From positions 367,181 to 431,180 of the forward strand of contig JAPMXV010000003.1 in the NCBI GenBank assembly GCA_026936335.1: a stretch of DNA of 64,000 nt, read 5' to 3'. The notes beneath the pieces are model-generated. The model made no database searches. It saw only the letters and a program-made list of their open reading frames with translations, and had not been told where the DNA came from. Below are positions 12,509 to 23,970 of this stretch, piece after piece. This DNA comes from Mantamonas sphyraenae STR306 (taxonomy: Eukaryota > Protista > CRuMs). How positions within the stretch are numbered: the first letter of the stretch is position 1; every line of letters starts with the position of its first letter. Position numbers and translations under genes: made by a program.

Positions 12509-13436
12509 GCGCCACAAACGTCGGCTGCAAATGAACATCGATCCTGCCATACACCGTACACATCAATCACGTGTGGCATGGCACACGCGGTGCCAGACAC
12601 ACCTTGCCTCGTCGCATCCACTGTCATCGTCTGCGTCAAACACATCGGGGCGCCCTTTCAAGGTGCCCCTGAACACCAGTGGCCCTCTGCGCCAAAAAAC
12701 CCGTGCCTGACGTTTCTGCCACCAGAAACCCTGTCCTGCTCCAACACAACACACATCGCCCACACCAAGCCCGTTCACATGGTGCGCGATGTACTCGTCG
12801 TGCTATGGGGGTCGTGTGGACGCTTTGGAAAGATGGAAACCCTCCGCCCCTCGGGCTCCCACCCGACCTTCCAACATCATACCCACGCCACCCATCCATC
12901 CAGCCGTCTCACTTCCGTGTCCCCACACTCGTCCCCACCACATGCCGCCCCGAATCACTGCGTCTCCTCTCCCACGACGTCCCGCACTCGCCGCATCGAA
13001 CAAAATCCGTCCCACACCGGAAAACTGAAAAAAACACGAACTCTTCACCTCACTCCCGCCCACTTTTCTCTCAAAAAACCCCGCCTTCTTTCCCCACCTC
13101 CAACACACACCACCCATGTGTCCATGACCGTACACAAATCACACCCACCACCTCTGTGGTGCCCGACTCCCTCTTTCTGTGCAATCGCAAGCATAGGCGC
13201 CCACGCAGAACACCTCGGAGGGTTCTCGTCCTTGCCCAAACATCCAGCCTTGCACACAGGCTCCCTGGCCCAGGCGCCATCATGTCCCCCCCAAACACCA
13301 TCACTACCCCCCACCCATCTCGTTCACATGCCACAGACACCCCCCTGCACCTCAAACCTGTGTGCAATACTCTGCCCCAGCGCAACAACACAAAAAACTC
13401 TCACCACGTCGGCCGGAGAGAAAAAAAACACGCACT

Positions 13437-14855
13437 ATGAGCGCGCGACGTCGACGGGCAGCGCTGAGATCGCGGCTGTGGGTGATTTGCAATGACTACT
13501 GGGTGCTGTTGAGTGAAAAGGCATACCGAAGGCTGTGCCAGGACGAGTGGGAGGCAGATGGCGGAGGTGTGGACAGGAGCGAGCGGCTGCGTGTGAGCGA
13601 AGCGGAACTCCAGGCCATTGGGGGCGTCCTGGAAGCACGGCCGCTGTGCAGTGCATGCAGCATGGCCGAGATGGAACACGAGCAACCACCGATCCGTAAA
13701 AATTGCCGACGCAACAAACAGCGGTGGAAGTGTGCGGCTGGCCACTGGACGACGAGCCTGCCGGTTGAGGAATTTGCGGGGTTCGATTTGCAAAGTGGCA
13801 ACAACGCAGGGGGCCAGGGACGAGGCGGGAAGCGGCGGAGCAAAAGGCAGCTGGAGAAGGCCCAGCTGTATGGAGAAGACGACGACGGGAGCGAGTCGGG
13901 GTCGAGCGAGGAATCGTGGTTGAACAGGCTGCAGCGTGTGGATGGAGACGTTTCGGGTCACGAGGGAAAGGCTCCGGCAACAAAGAGGCAGCGAGTACAC
14001 AGCACGAGCAGCACACAGAGCTACGGAGTGACAGATGTTGGGCTGGAGAGTGGACATGTAAACATGCCATGGATGGCACAGGAAGACAGCTGGACACAGT
14101 TGCTTGGGATGGGGAGCCACAGGCTGGGAGTCGGAGGGTCCGGCCACGACGGGGCTTGGATGCTGGATGGATTGAAACCATCACCGGCCGAAAGCGAAAG
14201 CAGCGGGGCGCACAGTCCAATGTCCAACACAGGTGGGCAACAAGGCGCGCAAATGGGCAAGCAGGGAGGCATGGGCGCCCAGGTGGAAGGAATGGGCTCT
14301 GGAAAGTCGGGCAACGATTCCATGGAGCTGCAACTGCTGTATCAACAACAGCAGATGTTGACGGCACAGCAGCAGGCGTGGCTGATGGCCATGCAGCAGG
14401 CACAGCTGCAAGCTCAGGCACAGGCGCATGCGCAATTGATCGTACAGCAGCAACAAGAACAAGCTCAGCAACGACAGGGCGGCCAACAACCCGCCGTGGC
14501 ATCCAAGCTGGCTAGCCTGGCGCAGACGCTTCCCACCATCCATGCAGGAAGCACAATGATGTTGCAGGGAGCAACCGGGGCAGCAGCAAACAACAGGCTG
14601 GCGACGCTGGCGGGTCTGGGAGTGAACGGCTTGCTGGGCAACTTGCCGCAGGTGGCTGCGGCAGCAAGCCAAGAGGCACAGGGAGCGGGGCACGGGAACA
14701 AGGGGCAGGACGAATGCACACGGAGCAGCATGAGTGGACCGGGCAAACCGGAGCCGAATGAGGAAGAGGTTGTGGAGGACAAGGACATGTTGAAGGCGGC
14801 GCATCTGCTATTGGAGAGCTTTTGTGGCACCGCCAAGACGAATGAAAGCAAGTGA
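13437..14855 (+). CDS. Uncharacterised 472-aa protein with a Cys/His cluster, basic NLS-like stretches and a Q-rich region, copy A
   Basis: Contains CSAC-x15-C-x8-C-x3-H, RGGKRRSKR and a long Q/A-rich tract. The ORF is preserved in both repeat arms. Confidence 0.75.
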   Translation: MSARRRRAALRSRLWVICNDYWVLLSEKAYRRLCQDEWEADGGGVDRSERLRVSEAELQAIGGVLEARPLCSACSMAEMEHEQPPIRKNCRRNKQRWKCAAGHWTTSLPVEEFAGFDLQSGNNAGGQGRGGKRRSKRQLEKAQLYGEDDDGSESGSSEESWLNRLQRVDGDVSGHEGKAPATKRQRVHSTSSTQSYGVTDVGLESGHVNMPWMAQEDSWTQLLGMGSHRLGVGGSGHDGAWMLDGLKPSPAESESSGAHSPMSNTGGQQGAQMGKQGGMGAQVEGMGSGKSGNDSMELQLLYQQQQMLTAQQQAWLMAMQQAQLQAQAQAHAQLIVQQQQEQAQQRQGGQQPAVASKLASLAQTLPTIHAGSTMMLQGATGAAANNRLATLAGLGVNGLLGNLPQVAAAASQEAQGAGHGNKGQDECTRSSMSGPGKPEPNEEEVVEDKDMLKAAHLLLESFCGTAKTNESK

Positions 14856-14974
14856 TGCGTGTGGATGGGACAGCTTTGAACATAGGTTGCATTGATTTCC
14901 CTGGACGGACAGTGGAGGTTGCCATTGACGCCCAAAGTTTGTCGTCAAAGGACTTTTCCCCAGTGTTGCGGCGG

Positions 14975-16166
14975 TCACACAGCCTGTGACTCTACTTCAA
15001 CAACGTCACTGTCTGCGGCGCTAACGTTCATCCTCACCGCCGTGCCATCGTTGCTGACAAGGCCGCCTTTGCGTACCTTTGGAGGGCCGGAACTTGTGGT
15101 GTCTGTGTCATCCTGCTCATCCTCTTCCTGCTTTGCCTCCTCTGCCTTGCGCCTTTCCCGCTCCTCTCTGCGAGCCGCACGTTCTGCCCGTTTCCTGGCT
15201 TTCTCATCGGCCCGGTGTGCTTCTCGCAGCTCAATCTCCCTCTCCGATCGCGCTTTCAGGGCCTTCCAGTCTGCTTCGACCTGACCCATGAGTGTGGCCA
15301 TGGCCTGGCGAATGCGCGGATCGATTTCTGCCTCCTCCTCAGTCTTGGCAATGCACGCCTCGATCTGGATGGAGCTCATGGACGTCAGTTCGTCCAGGCC
15401 CAGCTCTTCAGACAGCTCCACCTCGCTCACTGCCCCCGGTAGGTCTTGTTTGTTTGCGAATCTGTGCACACTCCATGTCAGCATATGTTGGCAGGCGCCC
15501 AGCACAAAGACGAGTCCGTCGTCGCCGCAGGGACTCACATCAACAACGGCTTGCCCTGCACCGTCTCTGTGTGGCATGTCTTGTGTAGTTCTGCTTTGGC
15601 TTCGGCAAAGCGCTCGCGGTCGGCAGCATCGACGACAAAAATCACGCCTTGCACCTGTGGCAAACGGCAGGAGGGGAAGGTCTGCGTCAGCAACGCGCGC
15701 GGATTAACGGTTTCGCCGGCGAGGTCGCCCTCGCTGATCGTCACAGAAGGAAACGGCACACACAAGAACACGTCCCCAACTCTCTACGCCGCGTTTGCCT
15801 TCAACCTACGTCTGCGTAGTACTCGTTCCAGTAGCCGCGGATGCGAGCGCCGCCGCCGAGGTCGTAGATCTCAATCTCAAAGTCCTGGTCAAACTCCATG
15901 CGCTCGTTGGAAAATCCCCACGTGGGCGCTGTTTCGGTGACATGTTCCCCCTTGATGGAGCCCAGCAGAGTGGTCTTTCCAGCTGCATCCAGCCCCACCA
16001 GCATCACCGTTGCCTTCTTCTCTCCCTTTTCCCTCATATACTCATACAGATTGCGCATGAGCTGGAACTGTGAACAGGGGCGTGTGGAGTGGGTGTGAGT
16101 GACGCAGACAGGCAGCCACAGAGGCGTTGGGACACATGAAAGGTCATGTGGAGCAAAACGTACCAT
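14975..16166 (-). CDS. ARL13B: Ciliary ARF-like GTPase ARL13B
   Basis: Exons 16166-16164 (ATG only), 16067-15810, 15654-15539 and 15461-14975. The protein starts MFQLM and has GLDAAGKT, the ARL13-type G3 DLGGGARIR (no catalytic Gln), ANKQD and a C-terminal coiled coil. Confidence 0.9.
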
Positions 16167-16218
16167 GGTGGAAGACTTTTTGCTTTGCCCCGGCCCCGCC
16201 AGCACACACACACACGAC

Positions 16219-17283
16219 ATGTCCTTCTTCCGTGGCAAAAAGAAAAGCAGCAGCAGCAAGAGCAGCTCCGGGTCCACCTCCACATCCAACAGCGGCAGCA
16301 ACTCGGGCTCGTCTGGCTCTTCAGCCGCCAAGAAAGTGTTTGCCAAGTACTCCGGTGAGTTTGTGTGCAGCCCCCACTCTGTGTCGCTGCTCGTCCACTG
16401 TCGCGCTTTCCCTCCCTGTTCCCTTGTGGCCGTATCGTGGCTGGGAGAACCGCAGTTGCAGCGTGGGGTAGGCCCTGGACCGGGGGCCGCACCCGCGGTC
16501 CCGATCAGCCGCAGCCGGAGTTCCCGTCGATGCTAACACACTCCGCTCGCCTCCATGCACCTATACCACGCCATTCCGTGCAGACGAAGAGACCGGAAAC
16601 ATCGAGGTTCAGGGGTACATGGAGCTGCTGGGCGACCTGAACATCGAAGACCCGAACGGCGTGAGTTTTGCCCGGCTGTCGGGAAGTGGGGCGGTGGAAT
16701 CCCCTCCCGGCGCGTTGGCGCGTCCGACAGGAGTGTGTGAGCCTGCGAGACAATGGTTGGTCACTGACGCGGCATTGTATTGCGTTTCACCTGCATCCAT
16801 GGCATCGAGCAGATCGAGCCGTTTGTGTTTTCCTTTATGTGCGACGCCAAGAACATGGGCCAGATCACGGAAGAGGAGTTTACCACGGGCATGACCTCCG
16901 TGGGAGCCACATCGATCACACAGCTGAAGACCAAGCTGGCCGTGCAGGTGGACACAGTGCTCAACGACCACACCACATTCAGGAAGTTCTGGAAGTACGT
17001 GTTTGTGTTTCTGTGCGACCGGGAACGACAACGCAGCGTGGAGATGGAAAAGTGCCAGATTGTGCTCAATCTGGTCAAGGACCAACTCCCCCTCACCGAG
17101 TCCTTCCTCCAGTTTGCCGCCGAGAAACAGGTAAAGGGCCTGACCAAGGACCAGTGGAGCTCCTTTGTCGACTTTACCGAGGCCGACATGGCCGACTATG
17201 ACGAAAGCGGCGCATGGCCGACTCTGTTTGACTCGTACGTGCGATGGGTCAAGGGTGAGGACAAGGACGAAACCAAGAAGTGA
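16219..17283 (+). CDS. DCN1-like cullin neddylation protein (PONY domain)
   Basis: Exons 16219-16354, 16584-16660 and 16813-17283; motifs MGQITEEEF, KGLTKDQW and YDESGAWPTLFDSYV. Confidence 0.9.
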
Positions 17284-17341
17284 TGTGGGCCTCGACAATC
17301 GCAACAACAAAACAAACACTCCCCCTTCCCCTCACGACACC

Positions 17342-19009
17342 ATGTCCAGTGTGTGCATTGGAGTCCACTTTCCCGACCCAGACAAGGCGTTCTCCAGCCC
17401 ACACGCATGCACAAACCACACGAAAGGCCACACCACCCTCAGTGCGTCGGGTGTGCTCGTTTCCCAGCGCCAAGTGCTCACCGCCGGCGCCGCGTTTGTG
17501 CCGCTTGTCAACAACCATGGGCAATTTCGCATTGATGGAACACAGGTTTTGGTTTACATGCAGTCGGCACGCAGTGGGGTGTGCGGCTGGGTGCCTGCAC
17601 AGTTGCGTGGCCTGCACTGCGTCGACTCCTTCCGCAAAGCGCTGTGTCGCACGCTGCGAGGCTCCTTTGAGTGGTCCCCAATGGCAGAGACAATGCCTAC
17701 GCAAACCACAATGGGTGGCAGCAGCAATGACAATGACCACAGCGAAGTGGAGGCGCTGTCGGACGTGGAGAGCACGGCAAAGCTGCTGGCCACCGTGGCT
17801 GTGTTTGACCTCGTCGGCACACAATGGTTTGTGCGCGACCGCCACGGCCAATGGAGTGGTCATGTGTTGCTGGACGAGGACCTGAACATGGCCACATGGG
17901 ATACAGAAAGCATGGGGCCTGTGGAACTTCTGGACACGCCCATTCTGTGTCGTTGCAGCCCATTTGGCGTAAGCACCATCGACTGCTTGTTTGATCTGCG
18001 CAAAAGCGGTGTGGTGGCCAACGTGGTTGATGACGCCCTTCTCATCACAGATGTCAACGCGGTGCCAGGGTTTGAAGGGTCGCCAGTGTTTGACGCAGTG
18101 TCAGGCAAACTGTTGGGCTTGCACACAAACGGCATCACACGAGCCGATGGCTACCAGCCTGCGTTTAGTGTGGCCATGGGTATCCAGGCACTGATGGGGG
18201 CTGTGTGTGCGAATGGTACCGAGGCACACGTGCGCATACAACGCACGGCTTCCTGGAGCCATCCGTGCGCTCGTGGATGCGTGATGGTGGTCGAAAACAC
18301 AACGTGGGCATCGGGTTGTGTGTTGCCCAACGGTCTCGTCCTCACAAACGCCCATGTGGTGCGCAAGACCCGAAATCCAACGACCATCTTTGTCCAGGAC
18401 AACACCTACCAAGCTGTGCCCGCACGCTTGCTGTGGAGATCCGATTGTGCGCTGGACTTGGCCGTGTTGGCCATCGAGTGGGAGTACGAAGAGGTGCACG
18501 ACATGTTCAGCAGCGTGCAGGTCCCCTCGAAGGAACCAAGCTACGATGTCGGCATGGCGCTGCTCAACATCGGATACCCTTCGTTTGAACCGCACGCCAA
18601 ACTGCACCCCAGCATCACACGTGGACAGCTCTCGCGCGTAGTCCACGACGACAACGGCCGTGCCGTGCAACTGATCACCGAAGCAAACACGCAACACGGC
18701 AACAGCGGCGGCGTAGTCGTTGATGCACACACAGGCGACATGATTGGCATCACCTATGCTGTGTTGTCCTATGTGCGCAACAACACAAAGGCATCTGTGT
18801 CTGTGCCGCACATATCACTTGCGCTCCCCGTGACTGTGCTTCGGCCCGTGCTCGACCTCAGCTACAGTGACGCACGGGACAACGACACCGTGGTCGCCAT
18901 CATGGAATCCATTGTACATACCTATGCCACCGCGCGCACAAACATGCTGTGGTCGACCCTCGGCGTCACAACTCCTTCGTCGTTCCATGCCGCACGAGCC
19001 AGACTATGA
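17342..19009 (+). CDS. TYSND1: Peroxisomal trypsin-like leader-peptide processing protease (TYSND1/DEG15-like)
   Basis: Two trypsin-like lobes (PGFEGSPV; LTNAHVV..DLAVL..GNSGG) and a C-terminal PTS1 tripeptide -ARL. Confidence 0.82.
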   Translation: MSSVCIGVHFPDPDKAFSSPHACTNHTKGHTTLSASGVLVSQRQVLTAGAAFVPLVNNHGQFRIDGTQVLVYMQSARSGVCGWVPAQLRGLHCVDSFRKALCRTLRGSFEWSPMAETMPTQTTMGGSSNDNDHSEVEALSDVESTAKLLATVAVFDLVGTQWFVRDRHGQWSGHVLLDEDLNMATWDTESMGPVELLDTPILCRCSPFGVSTIDCLFDLRKSGVVANVVDDALLITDVNAVPGFEGSPVFDAVSGKLLGLHTNGITRADGYQPAFSVAMGIQALMGAVCANGTEAHVRIQRTASWSHPCARGCVMVVENTTWASGCVLPNGLVLTNAHVVRKTRNPTTIFVQDNTYQAVPARLLWRSDCALDLAVLAIEWEYEEVHDMFSSVQVPSKEPSYDVGMALLNIGYPSFEPHAKLHPSITRGQLSRVVHDDNGRAVQLITEANTQHGNSGGVVVDAHTGDMIGITYAVLSYVRNNTKASVSVPHISLALPVTVLRPVLDLSYSDARDNDTVVAIMESIVHTYATARTNMLWSTLGVTTPSSFHAARARL

Positions 19010-19068
19010 CGACAAAATGAACTCAGTGCATGCTTTGCCAGGCGAGTTTATTCCAACACGTTTCACTC

Positions 19069-21162
19069 TTAGCGACTGGGGCCGACGTGGTAGTTCTGCG
19101 CGAGCGGTTCGCGGATGGTGCTCACCTTTCGACGCTTCTGGTCCGACCCGGCCAGAGCCGAGTAGTCCTGCGACTCTTGGGACTCCTGAAGCAGCGAGCC
19201 GAGGGCAGCGCGTGTAGTGGTGCTGATCTCGGAGATGTCGGCCAGTTTGCGCTTGCCCAGCGGAGAGCGACGCATCTGCAACACACTGCTGCCGATGACC
19301 TGCGACTCGGGTGTGTTTGGCGTTTCAGCCATGGCCTCTGGTGTGCCTGTGTGTCCACCATCCTCCTCCTGCTCGTCTTCACTGACATCCTCGGTCATGC
19401 TGGCACCATCGTCGTCGTCCTCCTCCTGTGTGTTCAGCGCGTTGTCTCCGTCACTGGACATGCTCGTGGCTTGCAGCTGCACGCTGAGACCTTCCATCTG
19501 CTGCATGTGGTCGATGGCTGCCAGATGTTCTGCGCTAATATTGTCCACCACCGAGGTGCTCTTCAGACGTCGATCGAGCTCATCCGCAAGTCGCTTGCGC
19601 ACTCCGCGCAGCTGAGTCATGCCGCGCAAATACATCGTTGAGGCTCCGTTCTTGCGGCGCACCAACCTACACGCCACAAGTTCTCCCATCGCCATGTCGT
19701 ACACATCCCTGGTCACCTCGTCGGACAGTGCAGCACTGACACGCGCATAGCTGATGGATCCCTTGTCCCAATCCATCACCGCGCGCTGTACACGCATCAC
19801 CGCCTCTTCCAGCATCGAGACACACTGAACGACCTGCGCATAGGCCTCTTCATCCACAGCATCCATCTCCTCGGTCACTGTCTCAGCAGGCTTGCTGGCC
19901 TCCACGGACATCTGGCTCGACTCGGTTGTGGCCTGGGACTCGACGATCACCTGTTCCGGGGTGCCCTTCTCACGCTGGTCGTCGTCCAGCTCGTCTGCAA
20001 ATACATACTGGATGCTCTTGCGTGTGCCTTTGTCCGTCTGCGAAGACGGAGTCGACCCACTGCGCTTGATGCGCAAGATTCCGTCGTCAACCATCGTGTG
20101 GAAGATCGCTTCGATCACCTCATTGCCCATCTCGGGAAAGCGCCGCTGGACATGCGCCATGTCGGGAGAACCGTGTTCACGGATCAGAGAGATGACCGTG
20201 CGATACAGATCCTCCTGGCCCTGGCCCTGGTCACGGTCATCCTCGCCTGTCGCCGCTCGTTGCCGCTCCTCTTCGTCGTCGTCCTCGTCCAGGGGTGGCT
20301 CCTCCATCTGCGCATCCATGACTGTCTGGATGCGCAGCTTCATGCTGCAGTACGGCGTCTTGATTTCGCCGATGCGCATTTTGAACGGATCGCGTGCAAA
20401 CACCAGCTTGTCATCGGAACTCGCAGCCCGGAAGAATGCCGGCTCGTAGTCGGCCGGGGTGCGCTCGTCGTAGTACAGCAGCTTCATAGTCAGGAAGCGC
20501 TGGTCGGGAATGGGCACCAGCGTGGAAACCAGCGAGTCCAACACACGGATCATCGACACTGCCGCCTTGCGGATGTTTGCCTTGCTGAAGTGGCTGATGT
20601 CCGGCAGGCTGCCCGACCGACTGGTTTGACCCTCGGTGTTGGTGTGGTCCATGTCCATGTTGATGTGGCCGTCGCGGGTGTACGAGATGTTGAAGTGGTA
20701 GCACTCCACCATGGTGTCCGGGTTGTCTGCATCCAGGTAGATGCCAAAGACAATTCGGCGCAACTGTGCATGTGCAGAGAGGGTGTCAGACGGAGCCATC
20801 GACACATGTGCATGGCAAGAGTGGGCATGTCGATCCTTCCCCTACGTAATGCTTGGCCAGGGCGTCGAAAACACCCTTTTCCAGCCAGTTGACCAAGATC
20901 TTGGCTTCCTTGTCACCCTGCCGCGGCTTGAGTGTTTTGATAGGTTGCCCCGCAATCTGGTGGTCTTGGAAGCATTGTGAAGGAAACAGCTGCCGCAGGT
21001 AGCAGATGCATGAGATGCTCGTGCGCAGCAGGTTCCTGAGATTTGCTCGAAATAGGAGTTGTGTGTCAGGAACGCACTTCCGTAATCAGGATCGCCCGTC
21101 AACACCTACCGCACAAGAATCGCCGACTGCTCACGTGTAGGAGCAGCTTGGACGCGCGTCAT
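19069..21162 (-). CDS. HOP1: Meiotic HORMA-domain axis protein HOP1/HORMAD/ASY1
   Basis: Exons 21162-21110, 21035-20846 and 20763-19069 give RNLLRTSISCICYLRQLFP..WLEKGVFDALAKHYLR..ECYHF..MKLLYYDERTPADYEPAFF. There are SQ sites and a C-terminal closure-like motif RRKVSTIREP. Confidence 0.93.
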
Positions 21163-21333
21163 TTGAGCCGTGGAAGACTGTGGTACTGTGTGTGTCAACA
21201 TGCGGCCAGGTTTCCCCCTTCGGTTTCCTCGCTCGCACTGACCATTTCTTTTGGACTTCTTCAAACAAGAAACGGATCTGGTTTGCTTGCCCTAGACTGC
21301 GCACGCAAATCCCGTTCTCCTCAAAACCATTCC

Positions 21334-21570
21334 ATGAGCACCACGCAGCAATCACCGACTCCGAGCCAGATTCAAACCTCTCTCGACCATGCTGTGCAGG
21401 AGATGGAGGCCCACGTGCACAAGTATCTTGCCGGAAAACGAGATGAGCTCAAGCAGCTGTGCGCTCGCAAAAAGAATGAGCTCGAAATTGCAGAGAAGGA
21501 GCTGACCGCGCTACGCGCCTCCAACCATCGCAAGCGCAACGCCATCTCTGCCCTTGTCGGAACTATGTGA
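21334..21570 (+). CDS. Small 78-aa coiled-coil protein divergent from HOP1
   Basis: ATG after an A/C-rich leader; heptad-like, K/E-rich sequence; fills the gap between HOP1 and repeat arm B. Confidence 0.6.
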   Translation: MSTTQQSPTPSQIQTSLDHAVQEMEAHVHKYLAGKRDELKQLCARKKNELEIAEKELTALRASNHRKRNAISALVGTM

Positions 21571-21623
21571 GGCCCATGGTCATCCAATGCAACCCATGTT
21601 CAAAGCTGTCCCATGCACACGCA

Positions 21624-23042
21624 TCACTTGCTTTCATTCGTCTTGGCGGTGCCACAAAAGCTCTCCAATAGCAGATGCGCCGCCTTCAACATGTCCTTGT
21701 CCTCCACAACCTCTTCCTCATTCGGCTCCGGTTTGCCCGGTCCACTCATGCTGCTCCGTGTGCATTCGTCCTGCCCCTTGTTCCCGTGCCCCGCTCCCTG
21801 TGCCTCTTGGCTTGCTGCCGCAGCCACCTGCGGCAAGTTGCCCAGCAAGCCGTTCACTCCCAGACCCGCCAGCGTCGCCAGCCTGTTGTTTGCTGCTGCC
21901 CCGGTTGCTCCCTGCAACATCACTGTGCTTCCTGCATGGATGGTGGGAAGCGTCTGCGCCAGGCTAGCCAGCTTGGATGCCACGGCGGGTTGTTGGCCGC
22001 CCTGTCGTTGCTGAGCTTGTTCTTGTTGCTGCTGTACGATCAATTGCGCATGCGCCTGTGCCTGAGCTTGCAGCTGTGCCTGCTGCATGGCCATCAGCCA
22101 CGCCTGCTGCTGTGCCGCCAACATCTGCTGTTGTTGATACAGCAGTTGCAGCTCCATGGAATCGTTGCCCGACTTTCCAGAGCCCATTCCTTCCACCTGG
22201 GCGCCCATGCCTCCCTGCTTGCCCATTTGCGCGCCTTGTTGCCCACCTGTGTTGGACATTGGACTGTGCGCCCCGCTGCTTTCGCTTTCGGCCGGTGATG
22301 GTTTCAATCCATCCAGCATCCAAGCCCCGTCGTGGCCGGACCCTCCGACTCCCAGCCTGTGGCTCCCCATCCCAAGCAACTGTGTCCAGCTGTCTTCCTG
22401 TGCCATCCATGGCATGTTTACATGTCCACTCTCCAGCCCAACATCTGTCACTCCGTAGCTCTGTGTGCTGCTCGTGCTGTGTACTCGCTGCCTCTTTGTT
22501 GCCGGAGCCTTTCCCTCGCGACCCGAAACGTCTCCGTCCACACGCTGCAGCCTGTTCAACCACGATTCCTCGCTCGACCCCGACTCGCTCTCGTCGTCGT
22601 CTTCTCCATACAGCTGTGCTTTCTCCAGCTGCCTTTTGCTCCGCCGCTTCCCGCCTCGTCCCTGGCCCCCTGCGTTGTTGCCACTTTGCAAATCGAACCC
22701 CGCAAATTCCTCAACCGGCAGGCTCGTCGTCCAGTGGCCAGCCGCACACTTCCACCGCTGTTTGTTGCGTCGGCAATTTTTACGGATCGGTGGTTGCTCG
22801 TGTTCCATCTCGGCCATGCTGCATGCACTGCACAGCGGCCGTGCTTCCAGGACGCCCCCAATGGCCTGGAGTTCCGCTTCGCTCACACGCAGCCGCTCGC
22901 TCCTGTCCACACCTCCGCCATCTGCCTCCCACTCGTCCTGGCACAGCCTTCGGTATGCCTTTTCACTCAACAGCACCCAGTAGTCATTGCAAATCACCCA
23001 CAGCCGCGATCTCAGCGCTGCCCGTCGACGTCGCGCGCTCAT
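21624..23042 (-). CDS. Zn-finger-like/Q-rich protein, copy B
   Basis: Differs from copy A at 4 residues (G>E, H>R, T>A, M>V). Confidence 0.75.
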   Translation of the reverse strand: MSARRRRAALRSRLWVICNDYWVLLSEKAYRRLCQDEWEADGGGVDRSERLRVSEAELQAIGGVLEARPLCSACSMAEMEHEQPPIRKNCRRNKQRWKCAAGHWTTSLPVEEFAGFDLQSGNNAGGQGRGGKRRSKRQLEKAQLYGEDDDESESGSSEESWLNRLQRVDGDVSGREGKAPATKRQRVHSTSSTQSYGVTDVGLESGHVNMPWMAQEDSWTQLLGMGSHRLGVGGSGHDGAWMLDGLKPSPAESESSGAHSPMSNTGGQQGAQMGKQGGMGAQVEGMGSGKSGNDSMELQLLYQQQQMLAAQQQAWLMAMQQAQLQAQAQAHAQLIVQQQQEQAQQRQGGQQPAVASKLASLAQTLPTIHAGSTVMLQGATGAAANNRLATLAGLGVNGLLGNLPQVAAAASQEAQGAGHGNKGQDECTRSSMSGPGKPEPNEEEVVEDKDMLKAAHLLLESFCGTAKTNESK

Positions 23043-23970
23043 AGTGCGTGTTTTTTTTCTCTCCGGCCGACGTGGTGAGAGTTTTTTGTGTTGTTGCGCT
23101 GGGGCAGAGTATTGCACACAGGTTTGAGGTGCAGGGGGGTGTCTGTGGCATGTGAACGAGATGGGTGGGGGGTAGTGATGGTGTTTGGGGGGGACATGAT
23201 GGCGCCTGGGCCAGGGAGCCTGTGTGCAAGGCTGGATGTTTGGGCAAGGACGAGAACCCTCCGAGGTGTTCTGCGTGGGCGCCTATGCTTGCGATTGCAC
23301 AGAAAGAGGGAGTCGGGCACCACAGAGGTGGTGGGAGTGATTGGTGTACGGTCATGGACACATGGGTGGTGTGTGTTGGAGGTGGGGAAAGAAGGCGGGG
23401 TTTTTTGAGAGAAAAGTGGGCGGGAGTGAGGTGAAGAGTTCGTGTTTTTTTCAGTTTTCCGGTGTGGGACGGATTTTGTTCGATGCGGCGAGTGCGGGAC
23501 GTCGTGGGAGAGGAGACGCAGTGATTCGGGGCGGCATGTGGTGGGGACGAGTGTGGGGACATGGAAGTGAGACGGATGGATGGATGGGTGGCGTGGGTAT
23601 GATGTTGGAAGGTCGGGTGGGAGCCCGAGGGGCGGAGGGTTTCCATCTTTCCAAATCGTCCACACGACCCAAAAAGCACGACGAGTACATCGCGCACCAT
23701 GTGAACGGGCTTGGTGTGGGCGATGTGTGTTGTGTTGGAGCAGGACAGGGTTTCTGGTGGCAGAAACGTCAGGCACGGGTTTTTTGGCGCAGAGGGCCAC
23801 TGGTGTTCAGGGGCACCTTGAAAGGGCGCCCCGATGTGTTTGACGCAGACGATGACAGTGGATGCGACGAGGCAAGGTGTGTCTGGCACCGCGTGTGCCA
23901 TGCCACACGTGATTGATGTGTACGGTGTATGGCAGGATCGATGTTCATTTGCAGCCGACGTTTGTGGCGC

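Larger units (their letters stand above)
11401..14894 (+). repeat. Long inverted repeat, arm A (~3.5 kb)
   Basis: Reverse complement of 21585-25086. Paired landmarks sum to 36479 throughout 11642-14894 (e.g. 12508/23971, 14855/21624), so there is no net indel there. Confidence 0.97.

Noticed and set aside
12578-13495. 305-aa and 253-aa ORFs in the repeat arm upstream of the Q-rich gene, and their mirror copies
   Set aside because: P/T/H-rich translations of C/A-rich non-coding DNA; their conservation is explained by the duplication itself.
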